Notes under the pieces: generated by a model
The model's database searches: none
What the model was told of the DNA's origin: nothing
Seen by the model: only the letters and a program-made list of their open reading frames with translations
In this document: in pieces, positions 19,307 to 28,141 of the stretch
Layout: every line of letters begins with the position of its first letter
Numbering within the stretch: the first letter of the stretch is position 1
Made by a program: the position numbers and the translations under genes
Origin: an uncultured Clostridia bacterium
Lineage (GTDB): Bacteria > Bacillota > Clostridia > Christensenellales > Aristaeellaceae
Assembly (NCBI GenBank): GCA_934670175.1
Contig: CAKUOX010000003.1
Location: 1,279-65,278, forward strand
DNA: 64,000 nucleotides
Direction of reading: 5' to 3'

Positions 19307-20479
19307 ATGAATGTCCCTCATATTTCCAAAGTCGAATTTGCTCAACGCGTTAAAAACACCCAGAAAGCCATGCAGGATGCCGGCCTCGATATTCTGCTTA
19401 CTTACGGTAACGAAGCCGAACCGCAATATGTACGTTATTATTCGGACTACTGGCCTTCGTTTGAATCAGCCATGGTAATGATCCCACTCAGCGGAGATCC
19501 GATCCTGCTTATCGGCCCTGAATCATTGACGATGGCTCAATACTGGTCGGTCATTGAACGCATTGAGCGCATCAAGCTTCTACGCGAATCTTCCGAACCG
19601 GAATACCCTGGCGAAAAACTCAACTCCCTTTATAACTTGTTTGGCGAACACCTGTCCCCTGCTTCAAACCGTCGCATCGGCATTTGCGGCTATCCGCTCA
19701 TGTATGCACCGGTGTACCAGGGCATTTTGCAGGCAGCGTCGGCGTTTGGCTGTGAAGTTGTACGTTCTGAGCAATTGGTAATCCGCCAGAAATTGATTAA
19801 ATCACCGGCAGAAATTGAGATCATGCGGCATGCGGCCAAGATCAGCGAAGCTGCATGCATAAAAGTCATCCAGAATCTGCGTCCGGGCATGACTGAGACA
19901 CAGGTGGTAGCCATTGCTGAGGCAGAAATACGCGCACTGGGCGCTGAAAACGAAGCTTATCCCATGTGGGTGCTCAGCGGCAGCAACACCACGCACGCCA
20001 TCGGTCGCCCCGCCCCTGACAGAGTAATTGGCAAAAACGATTTGGTAATGCTGCAGATTGGTGCGCGTGTCAGTGGTTACGCCTCGAGCTTCGGCCGACC
20101 CGTGATCATTGGAAAAATTCCGGATGATGCACGCGCGTTGGTCGAAACGGGACTTGAGGCGCACCTCCGCACATTCGACTGGCTCAAGTCGGGCACTCCT
20201 GCCCGTGAAGTGGATCGTCTTTACCGTGAATTCCTGAAAAACCACGGTGCAGAGGGCTGTAATCTGTATGGTCCCTGCCATGGCACGGGTCTAATGGAGG
20301 GTGAACACCCATGGATCGAAGCTAATTCGGACTACCTGTTGGAGCCCGGTCTCACTTTTATGGCAGACACCTTCTTGAAGCGCGACGGCTACGGCCTGCG
20401 CTGGGAAGATCAGCTTGCGATTACTAAAACCGGTACCGATGTGTTCACCAACGCTTATCTTGAAATAATTCAGCTTTAA
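19307..20479 (+). CDS. M24-family (Xaa-Pro peptidase/creatinase-like) protein
   Basis: Pita-bread motifs CHGTGL, GEHPW, LEPGLTF and RWEDQL. I prefer the ATG at 19307, 6 nt after GGAGA. The track start at 19301 abuts the SD. Confidence 0.75.
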   Translation: MNVPHISKVEFAQRVKNTQKAMQDAGLDILLTYGNEAEPQYVRYYSDYWPSFESAMVMIPLSGDPILLIGPESLTMAQYWSVIERIERIKLLRESSEPEYPGEKLNSLYNLFGEHLSPASNRRIGICGYPLMYAPVYQGILQAASAFGCEVVRSEQLVIRQKLIKSPAEIEIMRHAAKISEAACIKVIQNLRPGMTETQVVAIAEAEIRALGAENEAYPMWVLSGSNTTHAIGRPAPDRVIGKNDLVMLQIGARVSGYASSFGRPVIIGKIPDDARALVETGLEAHLRTFDWLKSGTPAREVDRLYREFLKNHGAEGCNLYGPCHGTGLMEGEHPWIEANSDYLLEPGLTFMADTFLKRDGYGLRWEDQLAITKTGTDVFTNAYLEIIQL

Positions 20480-20498
20480 CCCAGCTTTACATGCAACA

Positions 20499-20531
20499 CG
20501 CCGGAGCTACCATGTCATCGTAGCTCCGGCG
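20499..20531. terminator. 12-bp hairpin after the M24 gene
   Basis: CGCCGGAGCTAC / GTAGCTCCGGCG with a 9-nt loop. The T-tract is weak. Confidence 0.5.
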
Positions 20532-20570
20532 CCTGTTTCCCAGATATGCTTTGATCCTATCATTACAGGA

Positions 20571-20797
20571 AAAAAACGCGATTCGGGTGCCTGACCCGGT
20601 CTTTGACCCCACACTCGCCTGCTGGGGCGTTCGCTCATAAGGCGATCTGCCTCCCCACTACTAACCCTCTCGGTAATTCTCAGCCGGCAGGACTTACTTC
20701 TAAGGCGCGCCATGCTCACCGGACTTTTGCCGGTTTACGTGGATCGTTTTGCCCGCGCCTGGCATCGACTTTCAACCGCAGACGCGCCCGAACCGCA
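20571..20797 (-). ncRNA. Unassigned structured sRNA candidate (~227 nt); its 3' 142 nt form direct repeat B
   Basis: It has its own consensus promoter upstream. The 5' arm (20784-20796) pairs with the 3' arm (20578-20590). An internal helix pairs 20754-20760 with 20703-20709, with a nested ACCGG/CCGGU hairpin. It ends in U7. The 5' end is predicted, not mapped. Confidence 0.55.
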
Positions 20798-20802
20798 TTC
20801 CT

Positions 20803-20831
20803 ATTATATGTATTTTTCCTCTTCCCGTCAA
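20803..20831 (-). promoter_or_regulatory. Consensus sigma-70 promoter of the sRNA candidate
   Basis: The minus strand reads TTGACG, 17 nt, TATAAT. The -35 begins 6 nt after the glmS stop codon. Confidence 0.6.
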
Positions 20832-20836
20832 GCCGC

Positions 20837-22675
20837 TTATTCCACAGTGACGCTCTTGGCAAGATTGCGCGGCTTATCCACATCCAGTCCGCGCGCCACG
20901 CTGACATAATAGGCCAGCAACTGAAGCGGAATGACCGCCAGACTCGCGGCAAAGTGTGGATCTGTACGCGGCAGGTAAACGGTAAAGTCCGCTGTATCCT
21001 CCAGATTATAGTTCCCGGCGGTCGTCAGACCCATCAGATAGGCGCCGCGGCTCTTGCATTCTACCATGTTGCTGATCGTCTTTTCATAGAGCGCAGGCTG
21101 CGTCAGAACGCCCGCCACCAGCGTACCGTTTTCAATCAGGCTGATGGTACCATGCTTCAGCTCGCCCGCCGCATATGCCTCGGAATGCACATAGCTGATC
21201 TCCTTGAGCTTCAGGCTGCCTTCAAGACCCACGGCATAATCTATGCCGCGGCCGATGAAGAACGCATCGTGCGCGTTGGCATACTTGGCTGCGAACCACT
21301 GGATGCGCTCCTTTTCTTCCAGCAGGCGGTGTATCTTTTCCGGAATGGCCGTCAGCTCCGCCGTCATCCTGTCCAGCTCTTCCTGCGAAACCGTACCGCG
21401 AACGCGCGCGAGCTCCATTGCCAGCATGTAGCCTGCGATCAGTTGCGTGCTGTACGCCTTGGTGGTCGCCACGGCGATCTCGGGACCCGCCAGCGTGTAG
21501 AGCACATGGTCGGCCTCCCGCGCGATGGACGAGCCCAGCACATTCACGATCGCCAGCACCGGCAGCCCCTGCAGCTTGACTTCGCGCAGCGCCGCCAGAC
21601 TGTCCGCCGTCTCTCCCGACTGGCTGATAATGACCGCCAGCCCGTTTTTCGAAAGCACCGGCCGGCGATAGCGGAATTCGGAAGCGACTTCCACCCGCAC
21701 GGGCACGCGCGCCAGATCCTCAATAACGTATTGCAGCGCCATGCCAACGTGGTAGGCTGAGCCGCAGGCCACGATATAAATCTGATCCACGTCCCGCAGC
21801 AGCGCCGCATCCAGTCCGGAGGCGCTCAGATCCACATGTCTGTCGGTCAGCATGGAGGCAACGGTGTTGCGAACTGCATCGGGCTGCTCGTGGATCTCCT
21901 TGATCATGAAGTGCTCGTAGCCGCCCTTTTCCGCCGCCTCGGCGTCCCATTCGATATTAACCGGCTGCTTTTCGATCGGTTCCTGATCCACAGTGCAGAA
22001 CTTTACGCCATCGCGGCTCAGGCGCGCGATCTCCATATCATTCATGTAGCACGCGCGGCGCGTGTACTTGAGGATCGCCGTTACATCCGACGCGAGATAG
22101 GATGCGTCATCGGCAATGCCCACCAGCATCGGCACATTGCAGCGCGCGGCGAATATCTCATCCGGATAATCGTGGAACAGCACAGCCAGCGCATAGCTGC
22201 CGCGAATGCGCATCATGCTGCGCGCAATGGCCTCCACCGGACCGCCGCGATACTTTTTATAATAGTAGTCGATCAGCTTCGCCGCCACCTCGGTATCCGT
22301 ATCGCTGTAGAATTCATAGCCGTTTTTGATCAGCTTTTCGCGCAGCTCCAGATAATTCTCAATGATGCCGTTGTGCACCGCGACCACGGCATTATCGTCG
22401 CTCACATGGGGATGCGCGTTTTTCGTGGACGGCTCGCCGTGCGTCGCCCAGCGCGTATGACCGATGCCGCAGCAGCCGTGCAGCGCCGCGCCGTCATCCG
22501 TCATTTCCTGCAATACGCGCAGCCGCCCCTTGGCCTTGACCACCTGCACGTCGCCCGCGCCGTCGCGCACGGCGATGCCGGCCGAATCATAGCCGCGGTA
22601 TTCCAGCTTCGAAAGTCCATCCAGCAAAATCGGCGCCGCCTGTTCGCCGCCGACATATCCAACGATTCCACACAT
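20837..22675 (-). CDS. glmS: Glutamine--fructose-6-phosphate aminotransferase
   Basis: 612 aa, with N-terminal MCGIVGY, two SIS domains and a C-terminal KSVTVE. Confidence 0.95.
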   Translation of the reverse strand: MCGIVGYVGGEQAAPILLDGLSKLEYRGYDSAGIAVRDGAGDVQVVKAKGRLRVLQEMTDDGAALHGCCGIGHTRWATHGEPSTKNAHPHVSDDNAVVAVHNGIIENYLELREKLIKNGYEFYSDTDTEVAAKLIDYYYKKYRGGPVEAIARSMMRIRGSYALAVLFHDYPDEIFAARCNVPMLVGIADDASYLASDVTAILKYTRRACYMNDMEIARLSRDGVKFCTVDQEPIEKQPVNIEWDAEAAEKGGYEHFMIKEIHEQPDAVRNTVASMLTDRHVDLSASGLDAALLRDVDQIYIVACGSAYHVGMALQYVIEDLARVPVRVEVASEFRYRRPVLSKNGLAVIISQSGETADSLAALREVKLQGLPVLAIVNVLGSSIAREADHVLYTLAGPEIAVATTKAYSTQLIAGYMLAMELARVRGTVSQEELDRMTAELTAIPEKIHRLLEEKERIQWFAAKYANAHDAFFIGRGIDYAVGLEGSLKLKEISYVHSEAYAAGELKHGTISLIENGTLVAGVLTQPALYEKTISNMVECKSRGAYLMGLTTAGNYNLEDTADFTVYLPRTDPHFAASLAVIPLQLLAYYVSVARGLDVDKPRNLAKSVTVE

Positions 22676-22747
22676 AGCTTATGCCTCCAATACGCTCCAA
22701 AACTCAGCTGAGTTTATATAATTCTTTTGTAAAGATAAGATATTTGT

Positions 22748-22776
22748 ATTTTATACGAATCTGCGTCCGTTGTCAA
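22748..22776 (-). promoter_or_regulatory. glmS promoter
   Basis: The minus strand reads TTGACA, 17 nt, TAAAAT. This leaves a leader of only about 65 nt. Confidence 0.55.
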
Positions 22777-22949
22777 CCACAAATTGGAACCGCTCAGGCG
22801 TGCATTTCGTCAAAGCCATCGCCAATAATTAACGCCGGAGGTATTCCGGTCACCAAAATAACACCAAAATGCTGTGCACACATCAAATTTCTGTGTTATA
22901 ATATCAGAGTATAAGTATAAATGGGGCTATGTTTTACTCAGGAGGAAAT

Positions 22950-25352
22950 ATGAGTTTTAAATACGCAGTATTCAAGCCGCGCGAGAGCGAACGCGGGTTC
23001 CTGTTCTCGGTGGTGGTCATGACGGCAAAAATGCTGATCTTTTCCGTGCTGCTGATCGGCATATGCGTCGGCGGCGTGGTGGGCGGCGTCGCCAAGGCCT
23101 GGGTAGATACCTGCCCGAACCTGGACATCGACAAGATCGGCACGCAGGCGCTCACCTCCTTCATTTACGATCGAAACGGCGATCTGGTGACCGAATTCAA
23201 GGGCTCCGAGAACCGCATCTATGTGGAATATGAAGAGATCCCCCAGCGGCTCATCAACGCGGTCGTCGCCATTGAGGACGCGCGCTTTTACGAGCACCAC
23301 GGCGTGGACATCAAGCGCATCGGCGGCTCGCTGATCAACAACCTGCTCGGCGGCAACCTGCAGGGCGCGTCCACGATCACCTGCCAGCTGGTCAAGCTGA
23401 CGCTGCTCAACAGCGATCAGACCTACAAGCGCAAGGTTCAGGAAGCCTATCTGGCGCTTCAGCTGGAGGAAACCTTTACCAAAGAGCAGATCCTGGAAGC
23501 CTATCTGAACGTCATCTACCTGGGCGGCAGCAACTATGGCATCAAGATCGCCGCGCAGGACTATTTCGGCAAGGATCTGGACGAGCTGACGCTGCGCGAA
23601 TGCGCCTGCCTCGCCTCCATCATCCGAAATCCCTACCGCTATAACCCCCGCCGCAATTATTATGTCTATGACGATCCTCACCTGATCGAAGATCGCACCA
23701 ATTATGTGCTGCGCGAAATGCGCGACCAGTCGCTGATCACCGAGGAGGAATACACCGCCGCGCGCGCCGAAAAGCTGAATGTACTGGAGCACTCCACTGC
23801 TTCCTCGGACGCGATGTACGACAACGCCTATTACGTTGAATACTCCATCTACGATGTGGTAACCAAGATGCTGCGCGTCGAGGGGCTGGAGGATACCTCC
23901 TCCAACCGCAGCAGCATGGAGACCAAGCTGCGCAACGGTGGCTATAAGGTGTTCACCTCGCTGAATCCACAGGTGCAATCCGCCGTGCAGGACGTGGTTT
24001 CAAACTGGTCAAGCTATCCCCGCATGCGCCACGCAAACGATTCCTCCACGCAGTCCTCGCTGGGCGGCGGCGAATATCTGACGGTGGTGCAGCCGCAGGC
24101 CTCTGCGGCGGTGTTGAACTGGCATACGGGCGAGCTCGTAGCTGTGGTCGGCGGCCGCAGTAAGCCGGTACAAAAGAAGCAGCTGAACCGCGCCTATCAG
24201 CTCCAAATGCCTATTGGTTCGTCGATTAAGCCGCTCTCGATCTATGGTCCCGCCTTCGACATGGGCTATTCCCCCGGCACGCCAGTGTTGAACATGCCTG
24301 TCGAGATCAAGGGCTGGAACAGTGCGAACGGCTACCCGAGCAATTTCTCCGGCGATTCGTTCACGGGCGTGGAATCCATGCGCGTGGCGCTGAACAAATC
24401 CCACAATACCGCCGCGGCGCATGTGCTGATGGACAACGTGGGCATTGAGAATTCCGTAACTTATCTGCTGAAGCTGGGCGTGGATCCCGACCACATCCTC
24501 GCCACCGGCGCGGGCCTGGCGCTGGGCTCCTCGGGCATATCGGTCATCGAACTTGCCACGGCCTACGGTGCGGTCGCCAATTCCGGCGCATACCTCGAAT
24601 CCTATGCCTTTACGCAGGTGCTTAATTCCGACGGCACGGTCTACATCGACGTGAGCGAGGTTCAGGAGCGCCGGCAGGTGTTCCAGCCATCCACGGCGTA
24701 TCAATTGGTGGACTGCCTGAAGGGCTGCGTGTCCGCCTCGGGCACGGGCGCAAGCGCCAAATTCGGCAATATGACCGTGGCTGGCAAGACCGGCACCAAC
24801 AGCGACAACATCGGCGTAACCTTCGCAGGCATGACCGGCTACTACGCCGGCGCCGTCTGGATCGGTTCGGATTATTACAAGCCGCTCGAATCCAGCGCCA
24901 CCGGCGGCACCAGCGCCGCGCCGCTGTGGGCGGCGATCATGAGCCAGGTGCACGCGCTGACCGACTGCACGACCGATCGCGACATCATCTCCGGCTCGGC
25001 GGCGGATTTCGGACTCTATCCCAGCACCGTCTGCGGCGTATCCGGCATGCTGCCCACGACGGCCTGTGAAAACGACGTCAACGGCTATCAGCCCAACACC
25101 GATTATTACACCGCCGACAGCCTTCCCACGGCCTATTGCAACATGCACCGCGCCGTGACGCTGTGCCGCAATTCGGGCATGGTAGCCTCGGACTACTGCC
25201 GTTCCACGGTGGTAGTAGGCATCATCTACATTCCGGAGGGACATCCGCTGCGCTATGCTTCGGATATGGACGTGGTTCAGAGCTATTTCCACGGCGCGTC
25301 CACCAGTGAATACTCCGTCGGCCTGGGCGTGTGCACCAGCTGCCGGTACTGA
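22950..25352 (+). CDS. Class A penicillin-binding protein (glycosyltransferase + transpeptidase, PBP1A-like)
   Basis: GT51 motif EDARFYEHHG and transpeptidase motifs SSIKP and KTGT. I chose the ATG at 22950, after AGGAGG. Confidence 0.9.
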   Translation: MSFKYAVFKPRESERGFLFSVVVMTAKMLIFSVLLIGICVGGVVGGVAKAWVDTCPNLDIDKIGTQALTSFIYDRNGDLVTEFKGSENRIYVEYEEIPQRLINAVVAIEDARFYEHHGVDIKRIGGSLINNLLGGNLQGASTITCQLVKLTLLNSDQTYKRKVQEAYLALQLEETFTKEQILEAYLNVIYLGGSNYGIKIAAQDYFGKDLDELTLRECACLASIIRNPYRYNPRRNYYVYDDPHLIEDRTNYVLREMRDQSLITEEEYTAARAEKLNVLEHSTASSDAMYDNAYYVEYSIYDVVTKMLRVEGLEDTSSNRSSMETKLRNGGYKVFTSLNPQVQSAVQDVVSNWSSYPRMRHANDSSTQSSLGGGEYLTVVQPQASAAVLNWHTGELVAVVGGRSKPVQKKQLNRAYQLQMPIGSSIKPLSIYGPAFDMGYSPGTPVLNMPVEIKGWNSANGYPSNFSGDSFTGVESMRVALNKSHNTAAAHVLMDNVGIENSVTYLLKLGVDPDHILATGAGLALGSSGISVIELATAYGAVANSGAYLESYAFTQVLNSDGTVYIDVSEVQERRQVFQPSTAYQLVDCLKGCVSASGTGASAKFGNMTVAGKTGTNSDNIGVTFAGMTGYYAGAVWIGSDYYKPLESSATGGTSAAPLWAAIMSQVHALTDCTTDRDIISGSAADFGLYPSTVCGVSGMLPTTACENDVNGYQPNTDYYTADSLPTAYCNMHRAVTLCRNSGMVASDYCRSTVVVGIIYIPEGHPLRYASDMDVVQSYFHGASTSEYSVGLGVCTSCRY

Positions 25353-25359
25353 CACACTT

Positions 25360-25409
25360 CAGGGCTTTCTTCGACAGCGCAGGCTGCTGTCAAGGGAAGC
25401 CCTGTTTTT
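25360..25409 (+). terminator. Intrinsic terminator after the PBP gene
   Basis: CAGGGCTTTC...GGGAAGCCCTG with a nested GACAGC/GCTGTC hairpin, followed by TTTTT. Confidence 0.7.
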
Positions 25410-25582
25410 ATTGCAGGTCGACGAACCCCGATGCCCCCATTGGGGGTATGACAGCGTCTCACTTATCATTTGCCGCGCGATGGCCGCCTGTCAGGCGACA
25501 AAACCAGAAATGCGCATAGCCGCCTGAGGGCGCACATATCATCCACCAAACGCATTTTTCAAGGTCAAGGGAGGCCGTCGGC

Positions 25583-25987
25583 ATGGCAAAAACGCGCAGA
25601 TCAATCCTTAAAAGGCTGCTTCTGGGACTGTTGACCGCTATATTGGTCACGCTCGTGGGAATGCTGCTGCTCGCAGCGGCGCTGATCTATCTGAAAATGG
25701 ACGATGGGCTGCTCACGGTGCTCAACCAGCTGGTGAAGGCGCTCGCCATTATCCTCGGCGTATGCGCGGCGGTAGAGCGCGGTGGCAATCGAGGCCTGGC
25801 CACAGGCGTGGAAATTGCGCTGATCTACGCCGTCGCGGGCTATGCGATGTACCTGCTGCTGGGCGGTGGCAGCTTCAGCGTCGGAGGTATGCTGGGCGAA
25901 ATGCTGCTGGGCGGCGCTGTTGGTGCACTGACCGGCGCGGTGCGCGCCAACCTGCATCCGCGCAGGATCAGGGCCGTGCAGGGCTGA
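25583..25987 (+). CDS. Small polytopic membrane protein (Gly/Ala-rich TM helices), function unknown
   Basis: 134 aa with about 4 predicted TM segments. GGGAGG SD. Confidence 0.5.
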   Translation: MAKTRRSILKRLLLGLLTAILVTLVGMLLLAAALIYLKMDDGLLTVLNQLVKALAIILGVCAAVERGGNRGLATGVEIALIYAVAGYAMYLLLGGGSFSVGGMLGEMLLGGAVGALTGAVRANLHPRRIRAVQG

Positions 25988-25998
25988 GGCGCGAATAT

Positions 25999-26012
25999 CG
26001 AACATCAGTTTA
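25999..26012. promoter_or_regulatory. Cheo-box-like LexA site candidate upstream of uvrB
   Basis: CGAACATCAGTTTA compared with the Firmicute consensus CGAAC-N4-GTTCG. The right arm is imperfect. Confidence 0.35.
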
Positions 26013-26050
26013 AATTGCGCAAACCGCGTTTCGATTTAATATGAATATGC

Positions 26051-26081
26051 TATAATACCTCCATAGACGGAGGTATTTTTT
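26051..26081 (+). promoter_or_regulatory. Extended -10 promoter embedded in a terminator-like hairpin that contains the uvrB SD
   Basis: TGcTATAAT at 26048-26056. The hairpin ATACCTCC-ATAGAC-GGAGGTAT is followed by T6 and then the ATG. Confidence 0.45.
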
Positions 26082-28091
26082 ATGTTTGACCTTCATTCCG
26101 AATATGCGCCTACCGGGGATCAGCCCCAGGCCATTGAACAGCTGACCCGCGGTCTGAGCGCGGGCATGAAGCATCAGGTGCTGCTTGGCGTGACCGGTTC
26201 CGGCAAAACCTTTACCATGGCCAATATCATCAAAAACGCGAACCGCCCCACGCTGGTCATCGCACATAACAAGACGCTGGCGGCGCAGCTGGCGGCGGAA
26301 TTCCGCGAGTTCTTTCCGGAGAACGCCGTTGGCTACTTCGTATCCTATTATGACTATTACCAGCCGGAGGCCTACATTCCCTCCACGGACACCTTCATCG
26401 AAAAGGACTCCGCGGTCAACGATGAAATCGACCGCATGCGTCACAGCGCCACGGCCTGGCTGGCTGAGCGGCGCGACGTGGTGATCGTGGCCTCCGTCAG
26501 CTGCATCTACGGTCTGGGCAGTCCTGAGGAATACGAGGATCTGTCCGTATCGCTACGCGAGGGCATGAATATGGACATCAGCGAGCTGCTGGATCAACTG
26601 GTGGAAATCCAGTACACCCGCAACGATTTCGAATCCGAGCGCGGCACCTTCCACGTTCGGGGCGATGTGGTGGAGATCATTCCCGCCGCTGCACAGGACA
26701 GCGCCGTGCGCGTGGAATTCTTCGGCGATGAGATCGATCGCATATCTGAAATAGAGCTCGTATCCGGACGTGTGCTGCGCCACATGAGCCATGTAATGAT
26801 CTTCCCCGCCTCGCACTATGCCATCTCTCGCGACAAGCTGGACGCCTGCATCGCACAGATCGAAACTGACCTGAACGAGCGCCTTGCCGACCTGAAGGCA
26901 AACGGGCGCCTGCTGGAAGCGCAGCGGCTGGAGCAGCGCACGCGCTACGATATTGAAATGCTGCGCGAGATCGGCTATTGCAGCGGCATCGAAAACTATT
27001 CCCGCTATTTTGACGGCCGGCGCCCCGGCGAAGCGCCGTTCACGCTGCTGGATTATTTCCCGAAGGATCTGCTGATCATGATCGACGAAAGCCACATGAC
27101 GGTTCCGCAGATCCGCGCCATGTACAATGGCGACTTTGCACGCAAGCAGACGCTCGTCGACTACGGCTTCCGTCTGCCCGCCGCCTTCGATAACCGCCCG
27201 CTGAAGTTTTACGAGTTCGAGCAGAAGATCAACCAGGTGATCTACGTTTCCGCCACGCCCGGCCCCTACGAGCTGGAGCGCGCGGAGCAGGTGGTAGAGC
27301 AGATCATCCGCCCGACGGGGCTGATCGATCCGGAAATCATCGTGCGCCCCGCCACCGGACAGGTGGATGACCTGCTGGGCGAGATCCGCACGGCCACGCA
27401 GGCGGGCGGGCGCGTGCTGGTGACGACGCTGACCAAGCGCATGGCTGAAAGCCTGACCGAATACCTGCGCAACATGGACGTGCGCGTGGAATACCTGCAT
27501 TCGGACGTGGACACCCTCGACCGCATCAAGCTGATCCGCGGGCTGCGCATGGGCGAATATGACGTGCTGGTGGGCATCAACCTGCTGCGCGAGGGGCTGG
27601 ATCTGCCGGAGGTACGCCTCGTGGCGATCCTGGATGCAGACAAGGAAGGCTTCCTGCGCTCGGAAAAATCGCTGATACAGACCATCGGCCGCGCGGCGCG
27701 CAATGTGGATGGCCGCGTCATCATGTATGCCGATGCGCTGACCGATTCCATGAACCGCGCCATATCCGAAACGAACCGCAGGCGCGCGATCCAGCAAAAA
27801 TACAACGAGGAGCACAATATCACGCCGCGCAGCGTGCGCAGCGCGGTGCGCGCACTGATGGAGGTCAGCCGCGAGCCGGATAAGGACGCCGCGCCCGCCA
27901 TGGACGATGAAGAGCGCCGCATGGCCATTGACCGCCTTGAGGAGCGCATGCTCGAAGCGGCCAACAACCTCGACTTTGAAAAGGCGGCGCAGCTGCGCGA
28001 TCAGCTGCTGGCGCTGCGCGGCGAAAAGCCGATGGCAAGCGCCGAACAGTCGCGGCAGACGCGGCGCGGCAAGCGCGGCAGAAAGCACTGA
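26082..28091 (+). CDS. uvrB: Excinuclease ABC subunit B
   Basis: 669 aa, with GVTGSGKTF and a C-terminal UVR motif. Confidence 0.97.
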   Translation: MFDLHSEYAPTGDQPQAIEQLTRGLSAGMKHQVLLGVTGSGKTFTMANIIKNANRPTLVIAHNKTLAAQLAAEFREFFPENAVGYFVSYYDYYQPEAYIPSTDTFIEKDSAVNDEIDRMRHSATAWLAERRDVVIVASVSCIYGLGSPEEYEDLSVSLREGMNMDISELLDQLVEIQYTRNDFESERGTFHVRGDVVEIIPAAAQDSAVRVEFFGDEIDRISEIELVSGRVLRHMSHVMIFPASHYAISRDKLDACIAQIETDLNERLADLKANGRLLEAQRLEQRTRYDIEMLREIGYCSGIENYSRYFDGRRPGEAPFTLLDYFPKDLLIMIDESHMTVPQIRAMYNGDFARKQTLVDYGFRLPAAFDNRPLKFYEFEQKINQVIYVSATPGPYELERAEQVVEQIIRPTGLIDPEIIVRPATGQVDDLLGEIRTATQAGGRVLVTTLTKRMAESLTEYLRNMDVRVEYLHSDVDTLDRIKLIRGLRMGEYDVLVGINLLREGLDLPEVRLVAILDADKEGFLRSEKSLIQTIGRAARNVDGRVIMYADALTDSMNRAISETNRRRAIQQKYNEEHNITPRSVRSAVRALMEVSREPDKDAAPAMDDEERRMAIDRLEERMLEAANNLDFEKAAQLRDQLLALRGEKPMASAEQSRQTRRGKRGRKH

Positions 28092-28141
28092 GCAGCGCAG
28101 GATCATACCGTACATTTTTATAGAAAGAAAGGCAAGCAGCA

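Noticed and set aside
20640-20700. TPP riboswitch, considered because GGCUGAGAAUUACC resembles the THI-box CUGAGA region.
   Set aside because: The pyrophosphate-sensor helix consensus (CUGAUCUGGAUAAUGCCAGCG) is absent. No thiamine gene or any ORF follows in that direction.
20571-20714. glmS ribozyme, considered because of the glmS neighbourhood.
   Set aside because: It lies downstream of glmS rather than in the 5' leader. It lacks the conserved ribozyme core sequences I can recall.
20507-20719. 70-aa ORF across the sRNA candidate.
   Set aside because: Same reasoning as above. It runs through the U-tract terminator and has no ribosome-binding site.
8806-20836. Tn7-like insertion at attTn7 downstream of glmS.
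   Set aside because: There are no tnsABCD-like genes and no Tn7-type terminal repeats. The repeats flanking the segment are 142-nt direct repeats rather than a 5-bp duplication.
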